Below, one piece after another: positions 32,668 to 43,490 of a DNA stretch of 64,000 bases. This DNA is from Auanema rhodensis (taxonomy: Eukaryota; Animalia; Nematoda), in contig OZ059895.1 of the NCBI GenBank assembly GCA_964057225.1, forward strand, positions 10,106,001 through 10,170,000. Reading direction: 5' to 3'. Numbering within the stretch: the first letter of the stretch is position 1; each line of letters starts with the position of its first letter. The notes beneath the pieces were generated by a model. That model was not told the origin of the DNA and did no database searches. It worked only from the letters and a program-made list of their open reading frames with translations. A program made the position numbers and the translations under genes.

Positions 32668-35498
32668 CTAATCGCTAAGGAAAAGTTGAAGATGTTTGCG
32701 AAATTTGGGAGCTTTTTCAAGACTCACAATGTTTGATGGTATTGAATTCCAGAGTTCTATGGCTCTGTACTCGATACCTCTTCTAGTTTGAGTCTTCTGG
32801 ACGTTTGGAAAATCCACAGTCCATTCGTGCCGCCTTAGTGAGTGTGTGAATTTTTTGAGCTTAAAAATTTTCAAAGTATTCTCTGAAATTGGTTGTTTTA
32901 TTTGGTTAAAATAAAAAATTAAATCGAAAACTAGTCTTCTGAAAAATAACTTTTGCCCCCCTAACAAAGACAGTTGATCTTCATAGCTCATTTTAAATCC
33001 TGAGCGCATGAAAACTGCGCGCAGAAATTTTTTTTGAACATATTCAATCCGGTCTTTGTCTTTGGAATCTTGTGGGGACCAGATAATAGAAGCATATTCC
33101 AATATTGGTCTTATGTAAGTACAGAATAAGTTGTACATAAGAGAAGGCGATTTAGAGTAGAAACAACGTAAAATTATTTTACATTTTTTTGCTGCTTCAC
33201 TTGTGATTTTGTTTATGTGGTTTGAGAAGGAGAGAATGTAATCTGTGAATACTCCAAGATCTTTGTAACAATCTACTGAAGATAAGTTAAAGTTACCAAA
33301 AGTGAAAGCGAAGTTTTCAGGATTACTAATTGGTTTATTTGACATAACCATTATTTTAGATTTAGAAATGTTGACGGCCATCCCGTTTGAGTCGCACCAT
33401 AATTTTAATTGATCAAGAGCACGCTGTAAACTAGTGGGGTTTTTGCTGTAGAGCTTCAAATCATCTGCATAGAGAATGGAGCTGACATCATTAGAAAAAT
33501 TGGATGTTATGTCATTTATGTAAAATAAAAACAACAGAGGACCAAGCACTGTACCTTGTGGTACACCACAAGTGAGTTGTTCAGGTGGTGATAAGGAATT
33601 ATTGACCATAACTGAGAAAAACCTACCAGAAATGAAACTTTGGAGAAAGGAATGAAGTGGGCCTTGAATACCAATGGAATTGAGTTTTGAAAAAAGAGTA
33701 GAATGTTGTATAAGATCGAAGGCTTTTGAAAAGTCGATATAAGCTACAAAAACCGGAGTATTACAGTCCAATGATGATCTGAAAGAGATGTGGCTACTAA
33801 GAATTGCAGAAATAGTGCTTCTTTTAGGAAGGAAGGCGTGTTGATTTTGAGATATGGCACCATTGGAAATACCAAAATTAAGAAGTGGAGTACGTATTAT
33901 ACGTTCAAAGATTTTTGAAAGACTGGAAGTGAGTGAAATTGGGCGGTAGTTACTTGGATTTTCAGGTCGGCCCGTTTTGAAAATGGGACGAATCCAGGCT
34001 AACTTCCAATCAGGAGGACAAGTTGAGCTAACTAACAAATTGTGAAAAATAAAAGCTAATGGATTAGCCACAGTAAAAGCACATTGTTTAAGAAAGTAAT
34101 ATGGAATACCATCTGGAGATGTGGAAACCCTGAGTGGAAGACTATGAAGAGTTTTGTAGACCAATTCAGGTGTTATATCCATGAAATCAATGGTATGACT
34201 GGAAGAAGTATGACTAGAAGACAATGGTATGACTGGAGACGGAGACATGAGTGTTTTTCTGAGAGACAAGAGGAGAAAGAGGAGAAACCGTGAAAACCTC
34301 GGCAAATGCTGACACTTTATCAATATCTGAAGAAACTGACACATTGTTGACAGTGAGGTTTGGAATGTCAGATGTTTTACCATTTAATCGGGCCTTACAA
34401 AAACGATAAAAAAGCTTGGAGTTTTTTAAAGCAGCAATACGCTCTTCCTCTGAAGCACATTTGATTTTTATTAGTTTGTCCAATTTTACTGAAAGATTTT
34501 TACGGCGAATCTCGTCAGATAGATATAAAGAGCAACTTAGCCTGTTAATTTGATTTCTGAGTTTTGCAATGTTCCTATCCGCTTTTTTATTTTTCCTCGG
34601 TTGTTTTTTAGGAACATAAATGTCAATGATTGAATGTAGAATAGAGATAAACTTTGAATACGATTGGAGTGGAGTAAGACCTGAAAGTTCAGAACAGAAG
34701 TCGATGTTGACCAGTTGCCTATTGATACGTTCATAATCAGCCAAAAGGAAATTGCGGTCTGATAAAATGGAGAGAGATGTGGATTCAGCACTATGTAAAT
34801 CTTGTAGATGAAAATTTTCAGATTTGAAAGTATATGAAAGGTGATGGAAAAAATGATCCGAAGCTCCAAGTGGACCAGATCGCTTGATATTGTTGACACA
34901 ACGAACGTTATTTGTAATTATATAGTCAAGAATATTTTCACCTCTAGTAGGAAAATTTACTAGCTGGTTTAGACAATTGTGATTGAGAAATTGGAGTAAA
35001 ATTCTACTAGAAGGAGTAGGTTGAGAACATATACCAAGATCCCAGTTTATTTTAGGGAAATTAAGATCACCAGTGAGATAGAGAGACCGATTAACTAAAT
35101 GATTTTGTAGGTCACAAAGATAGTTTGAGAAATCTAAGCTAGATGATGATGGAGAACGGTAACAAACAGAAAAAATAGAATTGGAAGATGTGATGAGAAT
35201 ATTTATAAACTGTATGGTAGATGAATTACAAGAGCAGGAAAGAAGACGAAAAGTAATATGTTTTTTGATGAAAAGTAGTACACCACCACCCCGTGGTGAA
35301 CATCTATCAGCCCTGAGGATATTATAGATGTCACCTAACGGAAGAAGATTAGTGTTAAATTGAGAATAAAGCCAGGACTCTGATATAGCAATTATATCAG
35401 GAGAATTGGGAGAGATGATAACTGGGAGAAGATGAAGTTTGTTGAGAATTGAGCGTGCATTGTAACAGTGAACAGAAATGTAAGTGTGGTTAGAGACG
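32668..35498 (-). pseudogene. LINE ORF2: APE endonuclease + reverse transcriptase, frameshifted
   Basis: APE motifs YNARS, ISESWL, GGGV, GDLNFP, LDY, SDH. RT motifs PDGIP, NYRPISLT, DFSKAFD, GVPQG, YADD. Split between ORFs 34214-35533 and 32668-34383. Confidence 0.92.
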
Positions 35499-35745
35499 TC
35501 AGTTGACCTCCCACTCGTCAGTTGACCTCCCACTCGTCAGTTGACCTCCGCTGTTTGGATCCGGATCCGTTTCTGTCAAGGAAATTTTCGTCGGACTGGC
35601 TTTGTCAAGGTGCGCTCTCTTTCGTATCGCATTTTAGTTTTATCATTATTTCCTTTCTCTCGTATTTGTTTCTTTTTTATTTTCCACTTCAGTGTTTATT
35701 CTTATTCTTTCTTACTTCCCTTCTTTTACTCCCTCGTTTTTCAAT

Positions 35746-36594
35746 ATGTCTTTCGTGACTAATGATTTTCTTACAAATGCTCTTCAAAATTTCTTCTCTT
35801 TCTCAAAATTGTCAAATGATATAAAAAATGAGCTTAACTGTATGAAAATTAGTATCACATCGCATGAGGCTCGCTTAAAAACTATCGAAACGGATTTCAA
35901 ATCCCGCTTAGATAAGTTAGAGCAAACTTTTAACTCATTTCAAACCATTAGCAACCCTAATTCTACCTGTGTTCCAACTTTTTCCCCACTCAATGTAGCA
36001 TGTCATTTTCAAAAATTACGATCAGAGGAGACAAAGTACCTCTACCGTGCCAAAAGAGCCCTTTGGTTTCGAGTGCCATTAACGTCAACAGAATTTCCAA
36101 CTGAACCTCTGTTGTTATTAAAACTTATTATCGAGAAATCTCAGGACACCACTTTGTCTTCTTTGATCGATAGCAATCAAATTACTATTGCACGTTCAAC
36201 TCTCAAATCTAATTCCCCTGGCCCTCTCATAATTACGTGTCCATCGGTAGATTTACGTGACAAGATTATCCAAGTTATCAAATTCAATAAATCAAAATGC
36301 TTCGATTCCCTTTCAAAAACGTTTTTGCGACGAGATTATCTCCCCTTCGAAATTGAACTGGAGAAAAACTTGCGAAAAGAAGCTAAAATCAAGAATGAAA
36401 ATAACACTGAAAAGATTTTTCTTGTACGGGATCTCAAAATTATTGAAGTCCCCCGTAAATCTACCAATGTTACTTCGCATGCCATCAACACTCTCTCTGT
36501 CACTGTGGACACTCAACCAGCTGAAACCCCTTCAGAAGTTGATGCCGTTTGCAGTTCAATCTTAAAACCAATTTCTTTTCTCATCTCCAGCCCC
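35746..36594 (+). pseudogene. LINE ORF1, 3'-truncated (inverted segment of copy A)
   Basis: Matches 38337-39185, then runs into satellite. Confidence 0.85.
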
Positions 36595-37128
36595 ACTATA
36601 CAACTGTGCAACCACACTATACAACTGTGCAACCTTTTTTAATTTATTATATCTGGAGCTCATAAAATTTGATATCATCGAGGGATCCAGATGGAACGTG
36701 GAAAAATACATAACTAACATGAAATTGGAAAAAAATCTAAAACGAGGATAAGTATGTTAACCATTGAATATCAGATAATTTCGCTTACGACCATACTACG
36801 TTGAAAATACGGCATGCAGCTGATTTTCAATTTTAACTCTTCTGTAACAAATTTTTTCAATTTTCAAGCAGTTTTACTTGGATAGCTCAACCAAAGCAGA
36901 GCAAAATATCTACAATCTTAGTTTTATATTACAGTTATAAACCAGTAGTTATTGAACCTTCATCTTAACTTTACTGTTTCTATCTATTTCCTATCGAAAC
37001 AAACATTGTTTAAACACTATGCAACTGTGAAACCTTTTTTAATTCATTTAATTAAAATTGAAGACATTATAACACGTTGAAAATACGGCATGCAGCTGAT
37101 TTTCACTTTTAACTCTTCCGTATCAAAT
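36594..37128 (+). repeat. Short patch of 5S-derived satellite
   Basis: One 400-bp-type unit plus a deleted unit. Confidence 0.9.
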
Positions 37129-37976
37129 AACAAATAACCACTACCATTCACTCTAGTCAGATATTTATCTAAATAAAACTGTATAAAAGTTGTTAAATTT
37201 ACATTTCAATACTGAATTCAGCATTTAAATTTTCATTTGGTTCGTGCAAGAGATTCTCAACATGTCTTCTATGATCATTATATCTTCCATGGTGGGTAAG
37301 CTAGTAGCGAAGCATTTTATCGCCATCGGATAACAAACCATAATTCGAACATTAATCGCACCATCAACTGAAAATTATTATGTTTATTCGAGATAGATAA
37401 ATTTTGCTACCCTGCTTTTCAATGAATGGTTGCTCCAACTTCTCCGAATTATCAATCGTTGCAATAAATCTATCCATTAGTTTGTGAAAATTGAGTGGAG
37501 CTTTTCTGCCTTGACAACTTTTGACATGAGATGGAACGGATCTACTAAGGCTACTTGACTGAAATAAAAGTTTTACCATAGGCAAATATAAAACTTGAAT
37601 ACTCTTTGGGTGTCGATTCGGATACCTTGATCAGCCAGAAATGTTTTAGTTATCTTTTGTAGATTGATAATTAAGGGCACTTTTTAACACAGCAGCCTCA
37701 AAAGGAAGCATTGGTTTAGGTGAATATGAATGTTCAAAATTAAACTAAACATCAAATTATACGAAAAAATTATTATCACTTACTCCAGCCCGATATGCAT
37801 ATAACATGTGCAAAAATAGTGCGCCATTATCTAAAATGAAATAAATCTATAACATTTAGATTTTTTATAAAAAAAGAAAAATCCACCTCGTGATAAAATT
37901 CTTGAATATCAGGGTGTCATACTACAATAGTACATGATGAAAAAGAGTCGTTTCGCATTTATAATACTGTATAATC

Positions 37977-38140
37977 CAGTTGACCTCCCACTCGTCAGTT
38001 GACCTCCCACTCGTCAGTTGACCTCCCACTCGTCAGTTGACCTCCCACTCGTCAGTTGACCTCCCACTCGTCAGTTGACCTCCCACTCGTCAGTTGACCT
38101 CCCACTCGTCAGTTGACCTCCCACTCGTCAGTTGACCTCC
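37977..38140 (+). repeat. 19-bp tandem repeat (CAGTTGACCTCCCACTCGT) x8.6 at the LINE 5' end
   Basis: Perfect repeats. Mirror copy at 42479-42642, and ~2 units at 35497-35549. Confidence 0.97.
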
Positions 38141-38336
38141 GCTGTTTGGATCCGGATCCGTTTCTGTCAAGGAAATTTTCGTCGGACTGGCTTTGTCAAG
38201 GTGCGCTCTCTTTCGTATCGCATTTTAGTTTTATCATTATTTCCTTTCTCTCGTATTTGTTTCTTTTTTATTTTCCACTTCAGTGTTTATTCTTATTCTT
38301 TCTTACTTCCCTTCTTTTACTCCCTCGTTTTTCAAT

Positions 38337-39383
38337 ATGTCTTTCGTGACTAATGATTTTCTTACAAATGCTCTTCAAAATTTTTTCTCTTTCTCAAAAT
38401 TGTCAAATGATATAAAAAATGAGCTTAACTGTATGAAAATTAGTATCACATCGCATGAGGCTCGCTTAAAAACTATCGAAACGGATTTCAAATCCCGCTT
38501 AGATAAGTTAGAGCAAACTTTTAACTCATTTCAAACCATTAGCAACCCTAATTCTACCTGTGTTCCAACTTTTTCCCCACTCAATGTAGCATGTCATTTT
38601 CAAAAATTACGATCAGAGGAGACAAAGTACCTCTACCGTGCCAAAAGAGCCCTTTGGTTTCGAGTGCCATTAACGTCAACAGAATTCCCAACTGAACCTC
38701 TGTTGTTATTAAAACTTATTATCGAGAAATCTCAGGACACCACTTTGTCTTCTTTGATCGATAGCAATCAAATTACTATTGCACGTTCAACTCTCAAATC
38801 TAATTCCCCTGGCCCTCTCATAACTACGTGTCCATCGGTAGATTTACGTGACAAGATTATCCAAGTTATCAAATTCAATAAATCAAAATGCTTCGATTCC
38901 CTTTCAAAAACGTTTTTGCGACGAGATTATCTCCCCTTCGAAATTGAACTGGAGAAAAACTTGCGAAAAGAAGCTAAAATCAAGAATGAAAATAACACTG
39001 AAAAGATTTTTCTTGTACGGGATCTCAAAATTATTGAAGTCCCCCGTAAATCTACCAATGTTACTTCGCATGCCATCAACACTCTCTCTGTCACTGTGGA
39101 CACTCAACCAGCTGAAACCCCTTCAGAAGTTGATGCCGTTTGCAGTTCAATCTTAAAACCAATTTCTTTTCTCATCTCCAGCCCCCCTCGTAAATCTGGT
39201 AGACCCAGTCGGTCTAACAATAGGCAGGTGTCTGTACCAACAGATAAAAATCATTCAATAAGCCCAAGAAGGAGAAAAAATCCGCCTCGGGTAGTTAAAC
39301 CAACTGGACCTAATACCAGATCTATGAGTAGTCCTTCTGCATCATCCTCTGTTGTTTTGTCCAATAACGGGTCCTTTCGTTGA
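38337..39383 (+). CDS. LINE ORF1 protein, 348 aa
   Basis: N-terminal heptad/coiled-coil region, central domain ending FLRRDY...FLVRDLKIIE, and an S/P/R-rich tail, located upstream of APE-RT. Confidence 0.85.
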   Translation: MSFVTNDFLTNALQNFFSFSKLSNDIKNELNCMKISITSHEARLKTIETDFKSRLDKLEQTFNSFQTISNPNSTCVPTFSPLNVACHFQKLRSEETKYLYRAKRALWFRVPLTSTEFPTEPLLLLKLIIEKSQDTTLSSLIDSNQITIARSTLKSNSPGPLITTCPSVDLRDKIIQVIKFNKSKCFDSLSKTFLRRDYLPFEIELEKNLRKEAKIKNENNTEKIFLVRDLKIIEVPRKSTNVTSHAINTLSVTVDTQPAETPSEVDAVCSSILKPISFLISSPPRKSGRPSRSNNRQVSVPTDKNHSISPRRRKNPPRVVKPTGPNTRSMSSPSASSSVVLSNNGSFR

Positions 39384-40883
39384 TCCAATGTTATCGTCAA
39401 CACCTGTTCTCGTCTCTAACCACACTTACATTTCTGTTCACTGTTACAATGCACGCTCAATTCTCAACAAACTTCATCTTCTCCCAGTTATCATCTCTCC
39501 CAATTCTCCTGATATAATTGCTATATCAGAGTCCTGGCTTTACCCTCAATTTAACACTAATCTTCTTCCGTTAGGTGACATCTATAATATCCTCAGGGCT
39601 GATAGATGTTCATCACGGGGTGGTGGTGTACTACTTTTCATCAAAAAACATATTACTTTTCGTCTTCTTTCCTGCTCTTGTAATTCATCTACCATACAGT
39701 TTATAAATATTCTCATCACATCTTCCAATTCTATTTTTTCTGTTTGTTACCGTTCTCCATCATCATCTAGCTTAGATTTCTCAAACTATCTTTGTGATCT
39801 ACAAAATCATTTAGTTAATCGGTCTCTCTATCTCACTGGTGATCTTAATTTCCCTAAAATAAACTGGGATCTTGGAATATGTTCTCAACCTACTCCTTCT
39901 AGTAGAATTTTACTCCAATTTCTCAATCACAATTGTCTAAACCAGCTAGTAAATTTTCCTACTAGAGGTGAAAATATTCTTGACTATATAATTACAAATA
40001 ACGTTCGTTGTGTCAACAATATCAAGCGATCTGGTCCACTTGGAGCTTCGGATCATTTTTCCATCACCTTTCATATACTTTCAAATCTGAAAATTTTCAT
40101 CTACAAGATTTACATAGTGCTGAATCCACATCTCTCTCCATTTTATCAGACCGCAATTTCCTTTTGGCTGATTATGAACGTATCAATAGGCAACTGGTCA
40201 ACATCGACTTCTGTTCTGAACTTTCAGGTCTTACTCCACTCCAATCGTATTCAAAGTTTATCTCTATTCTACATTCAATCATTGACATTTATGTTCCTAA
40301 AAAACAACCGAGGAAAAATAAAAAAGCGGATCGGAACATTGCAAAACTCAGAAATCAAATTAACAGGCTAAGTTGCTCTTTATATCTATCTGACGAGATT
40401 CGCCGTAAAAATCTTTCAGTAAAATTGGACAAACTAATAAAAATCAAATGTGCTTCAGAGGAAGAGCGTATTGCTGCTTTAAAAAACTCCAAGCTTTTTT
40501 ATCGTTTTTGTAAGGCCCGATTAAATGGTAAAACATCTGACATTCCAAACCTCACTGTCAACAATGTGTCAGTTTCTTCAGATATTGATAAAGTGTCAGC
40601 ATTTGCCGAGGTTTTCACGGTTTCTCCTCTTTCTCCTCTTGTCTCTCAGAAAAACACTCATGTCTCCGTCTCCAGTCATACCATTGTCTTCTAGTCATAC
40701 TTCTTCCAGTCATACCATTGATTTCATGGATATAACACCTGAATTGGTCTACAAAACTCTTCATAGTCTTCCACTCAGGGTTTTCACATCTCCAGATGGT
40801 ATTCCATATTACTTTCTTAAACAATGTGCTTTTACTCTGGCTAATCCATTAGCTTTTATTTTTCACAATTTGTTAGTTAGCTC

Positions 40884-42642
40884 AATAGAATTGGAAGATG
40901 TGATGAGAATATTTATAAACTGTATGGTAGATGAATTACAAGAGCAGGAAAGAAGACGAAAAGTAATATGTTTTTTGATGAAAAGTAGTACACCACCACC
41001 CCGTGATGAACATCTATCAGCCCTGAGGATATTATAGATGTCACCTAACGGAAGAAGATTAGTGTTAAATTGAGGGTAAAGCCAGGACTCTGATATAGCA
41101 ATTATATCAGGAGAATTGGGAGAGATGATAACTGGGAGAAGATGAAGTTTGTTGAGAATTGAGCGTGCATTGTAACAGTGAACAGAAATGTAAGTGTGGT
41201 TAGAGACGAGAACAGGTGTTGACGATAACATTGGATCAACGAAAGGACCCGTTATTGGACAAAACAACAGAGGATGATGCAGAAGGACTACTCATAGATC
41301 TGGTATTAGGTCCAGTTGGTTTAACTACCCGAGGCGGATTTTTTCTCCTTCTTGGGCTTATTGAATGATTTTTATCTGTTGGTACAGACACCTGCCTATT
41401 GTTAGACCGACTGGGTCTACCAGATTTACGAGGGGGGCTGGAGATGAGAAAAGAAATTGGTTTTAAGATTGAACTGCAAACGGCATCAACTTCTGAAGGG
41501 GTTTCAGCTGGTTGAGTGTCCACAGTGACAGAGAGAGTGTTGATGGCATGCGAAGTAACATTGGTAGATTTACGGGGGACTTCAATAATTTTGAGATCCC
41601 GTACAAGAAAAATCTTTTCAGTGTTATTTTCATTCTTGATTTTAGCTTCTTTTCGCAAGTTTTTCTCCAGTTCAATTTCGAAGGGGAGATAATCTCGTCG
41701 CAAAAACGTTTTTGAAAGGGAATCGAAGCATTTTGATTTATTGAATTTGATAACTTGGATAATCTTGTCACGTAAATCTACCGATGGACACGTAGTTATG
41801 AGAGGGCCAGGGGAATTAGATTTGAGAGTTGAACGTGCAATAGTAATTTGATTGCTATCGATCAAAGAAGACAAAGTGGTGTCCTGAGATTTCTCGATAA
41901 TAAGTTTTAATAACAACAGAGGTTCAGTTGGGAATTCGGTTGACGTTAATGGCACTCGAAACCAAAGGGCTCTTTTGGCACGGTAGAGGTACTTTGTCTC
42001 CTCTGATCGTAATTTTTGAAAATGACATGCTACATTGAGTGGGGAAAAAGTTGGAACACAGGTAGAATTAGGGTTGCTAATGGTTTGAAATGAGTTAAAA
42101 GTTTGCTCTAACTTATCTAAGCGGGATTTGAAATCCGTTTCGATAGTTTTTAAGCGAGCCTCATGCGATGTGATACTAATTTTCATACAGTTAAGCTCAT
42201 TTTTTATATCATTTGACAATTTTGAGAAAGAGAAAAAATTTTGAAGAGCATTTGTAAGAAAATCATTAGTCACGAAAGACATATTGAAAAACGAGGGAGT
42301 AAAAGAAGGGAAGTAAGAAAGAATAAGAATAAACACTGAAGTGGAAAATAAAAAAGAAACAAATACGAGAGAAAGGAAATAATGATAAAACTAAAATGCG
42401 ATACGAAAGAGAGCGCACCTTGACAAAGCCAGTCCGACGAAAATTTCCTTGACAGAAACGGATCCGGATCCAAACAGCGGAGGTCAACTGACGAGTGGGA
42501 GGTCAACTGACGAGTGGGAGGTCAACTGACGAGTGGGAGGTCAACTGACGAGTGGGAGGTCAACTGACGAGTGGGAGGTCAACTGACGAGTGGGAGGTCA
42601 ACTGACGAGTGGGAGGTCAACTGACGAGTGGGAGGTCAACTG
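40884..42642 (-). mobile_element. CR1-type LINE copy C (inverted duplicate of the 5' part of copy B)
   Basis: Reverse complement of 37977-39735. Confidence 0.92.
41236..42282 (-). CDS. LINE ORF1 protein, duplicate
   Basis: Same translation as 38337-39383. Confidence 0.85.
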   Translation of the reverse strand: MSFVTNDFLTNALQNFFSFSKLSNDIKNELNCMKISITSHEARLKTIETDFKSRLDKLEQTFNSFQTISNPNSTCVPTFSPLNVACHFQKLRSEETKYLYRAKRALWFRVPLTSTEFPTEPLLLLKLIIEKSQDTTLSSLIDSNQITIARSTLKSNSPGPLITTCPSVDLRDKIIQVIKFNKSKCFDSLSKTFLRRDYLPFEIELEKNLRKEAKIKNENNTEKIFLVRDLKIIEVPRKSTNVTSHAINTLSVTVDTQPAETPSEVDAVCSSILKPISFLISSPPRKSGRPSRSNNRQVSVPTDKNHSISPRRRKNPPRVVKPTGPNTRSMSSPSASSSVVLSNNGSFR

Positions 42643-43400
42643 GATTATACAGTATTATAAATGCGAAACGACTCTTTTTCATCATGTACTATTGTAGTAT
42701 GACACCCTGATATTCAAGAATTTTATCACGAGGTGGATTTTTCTTTTTTTATAAAAAATCTAAATGTTATAGATTTATTTCATTTTAGATAATGGCGCAC
42801 TATGTTTGCACATATTATATGCATATCGGGCTGGAGTAAGTGATAATAATTTTTTCGTATAATTTGATGTTTAGTTTAATTTTGAACATTCATATTCACC
42901 TAAACCAATGCTTCCTTTTGAGGCTGCTGTGTTAAAAAGTGCCCTTAATTATCAATCTACAAAAGATAACTAAAACATTTCTGGCTGATCAAGGTATCCG
43001 AATCGACACCCAAAGAGTATTCAAGTTTTATATTTGCCTCTGGTAAAACTTTTATTTCAGTCAAGTAGCCTTACTAGATCCGTTCCATCTCATGTCAAAA
43101 GTTGTCAAGGCAGAAAAGCTCCACTCAATTTTCACAAACTAATGGATAGATTTATTGCAACGATTGATAATTCGGAGAAGTTGGAGCAACCATTCATTGA
43201 AAAGCAGGGTAGCAAAATTTATCTATCTCGAATAAACATAATAATTTTCAGTTGATGGTGCGATTAATGTTCGAATTATGGTTTGTTATCCGATGGCGAT
43301 AAAATGCTTCGCTACTAGCTTACCCACCATGGAAGATATAATGATCATAGAAGACATGTTGAGAATCTCTTGCACGAACCAAATGAAAATTTAAATGCTG
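42643..43400 (+). pseudogene. Possible degenerate intron-containing gene fragment (mirror at ~37220-37976, minus)
   Basis: Several GT...TTTTAG/TTTCAG short-intron patterns between more complex segments, but no clean spliced ORF and no recognisable product. Confidence 0.3.
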
Positions 43401-43490
43401 AATTCAGTATTGAAATGTAAATTTAACAACTTTTATACAGTTTTATTTAGATAAATATCTGACTAGAGTGAATGGTAGTGGTTATTTGTT

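Larger units (their letters stand above)
32118..36594 (-). mobile_element. CR1-type LINE copy A with inverted 5' segment
   Basis: ORF2 and 3' UTR on the minus strand (AATAAA at 32134-32139, 3' end approximate) are joined at 35497 to the 5' UTR and ORF1 on the plus strand. Confidence 0.88.
37977..40885 (+). mobile_element. CR1-type LINE copy B: complete 5' end, broken early in RT
   Basis: 5' tandem repeats, 5' UTR, ORF1, then ORF2 starting at ATG 39388 (4 nt after the ORF1 stop) with two frameshifts. Confidence 0.9.

Noticed and set aside
37977-38140. CRISPR-like array
   Set aside because: The repeats are contiguous with no spacers, and the context is a eukaryotic LINE 5' end.
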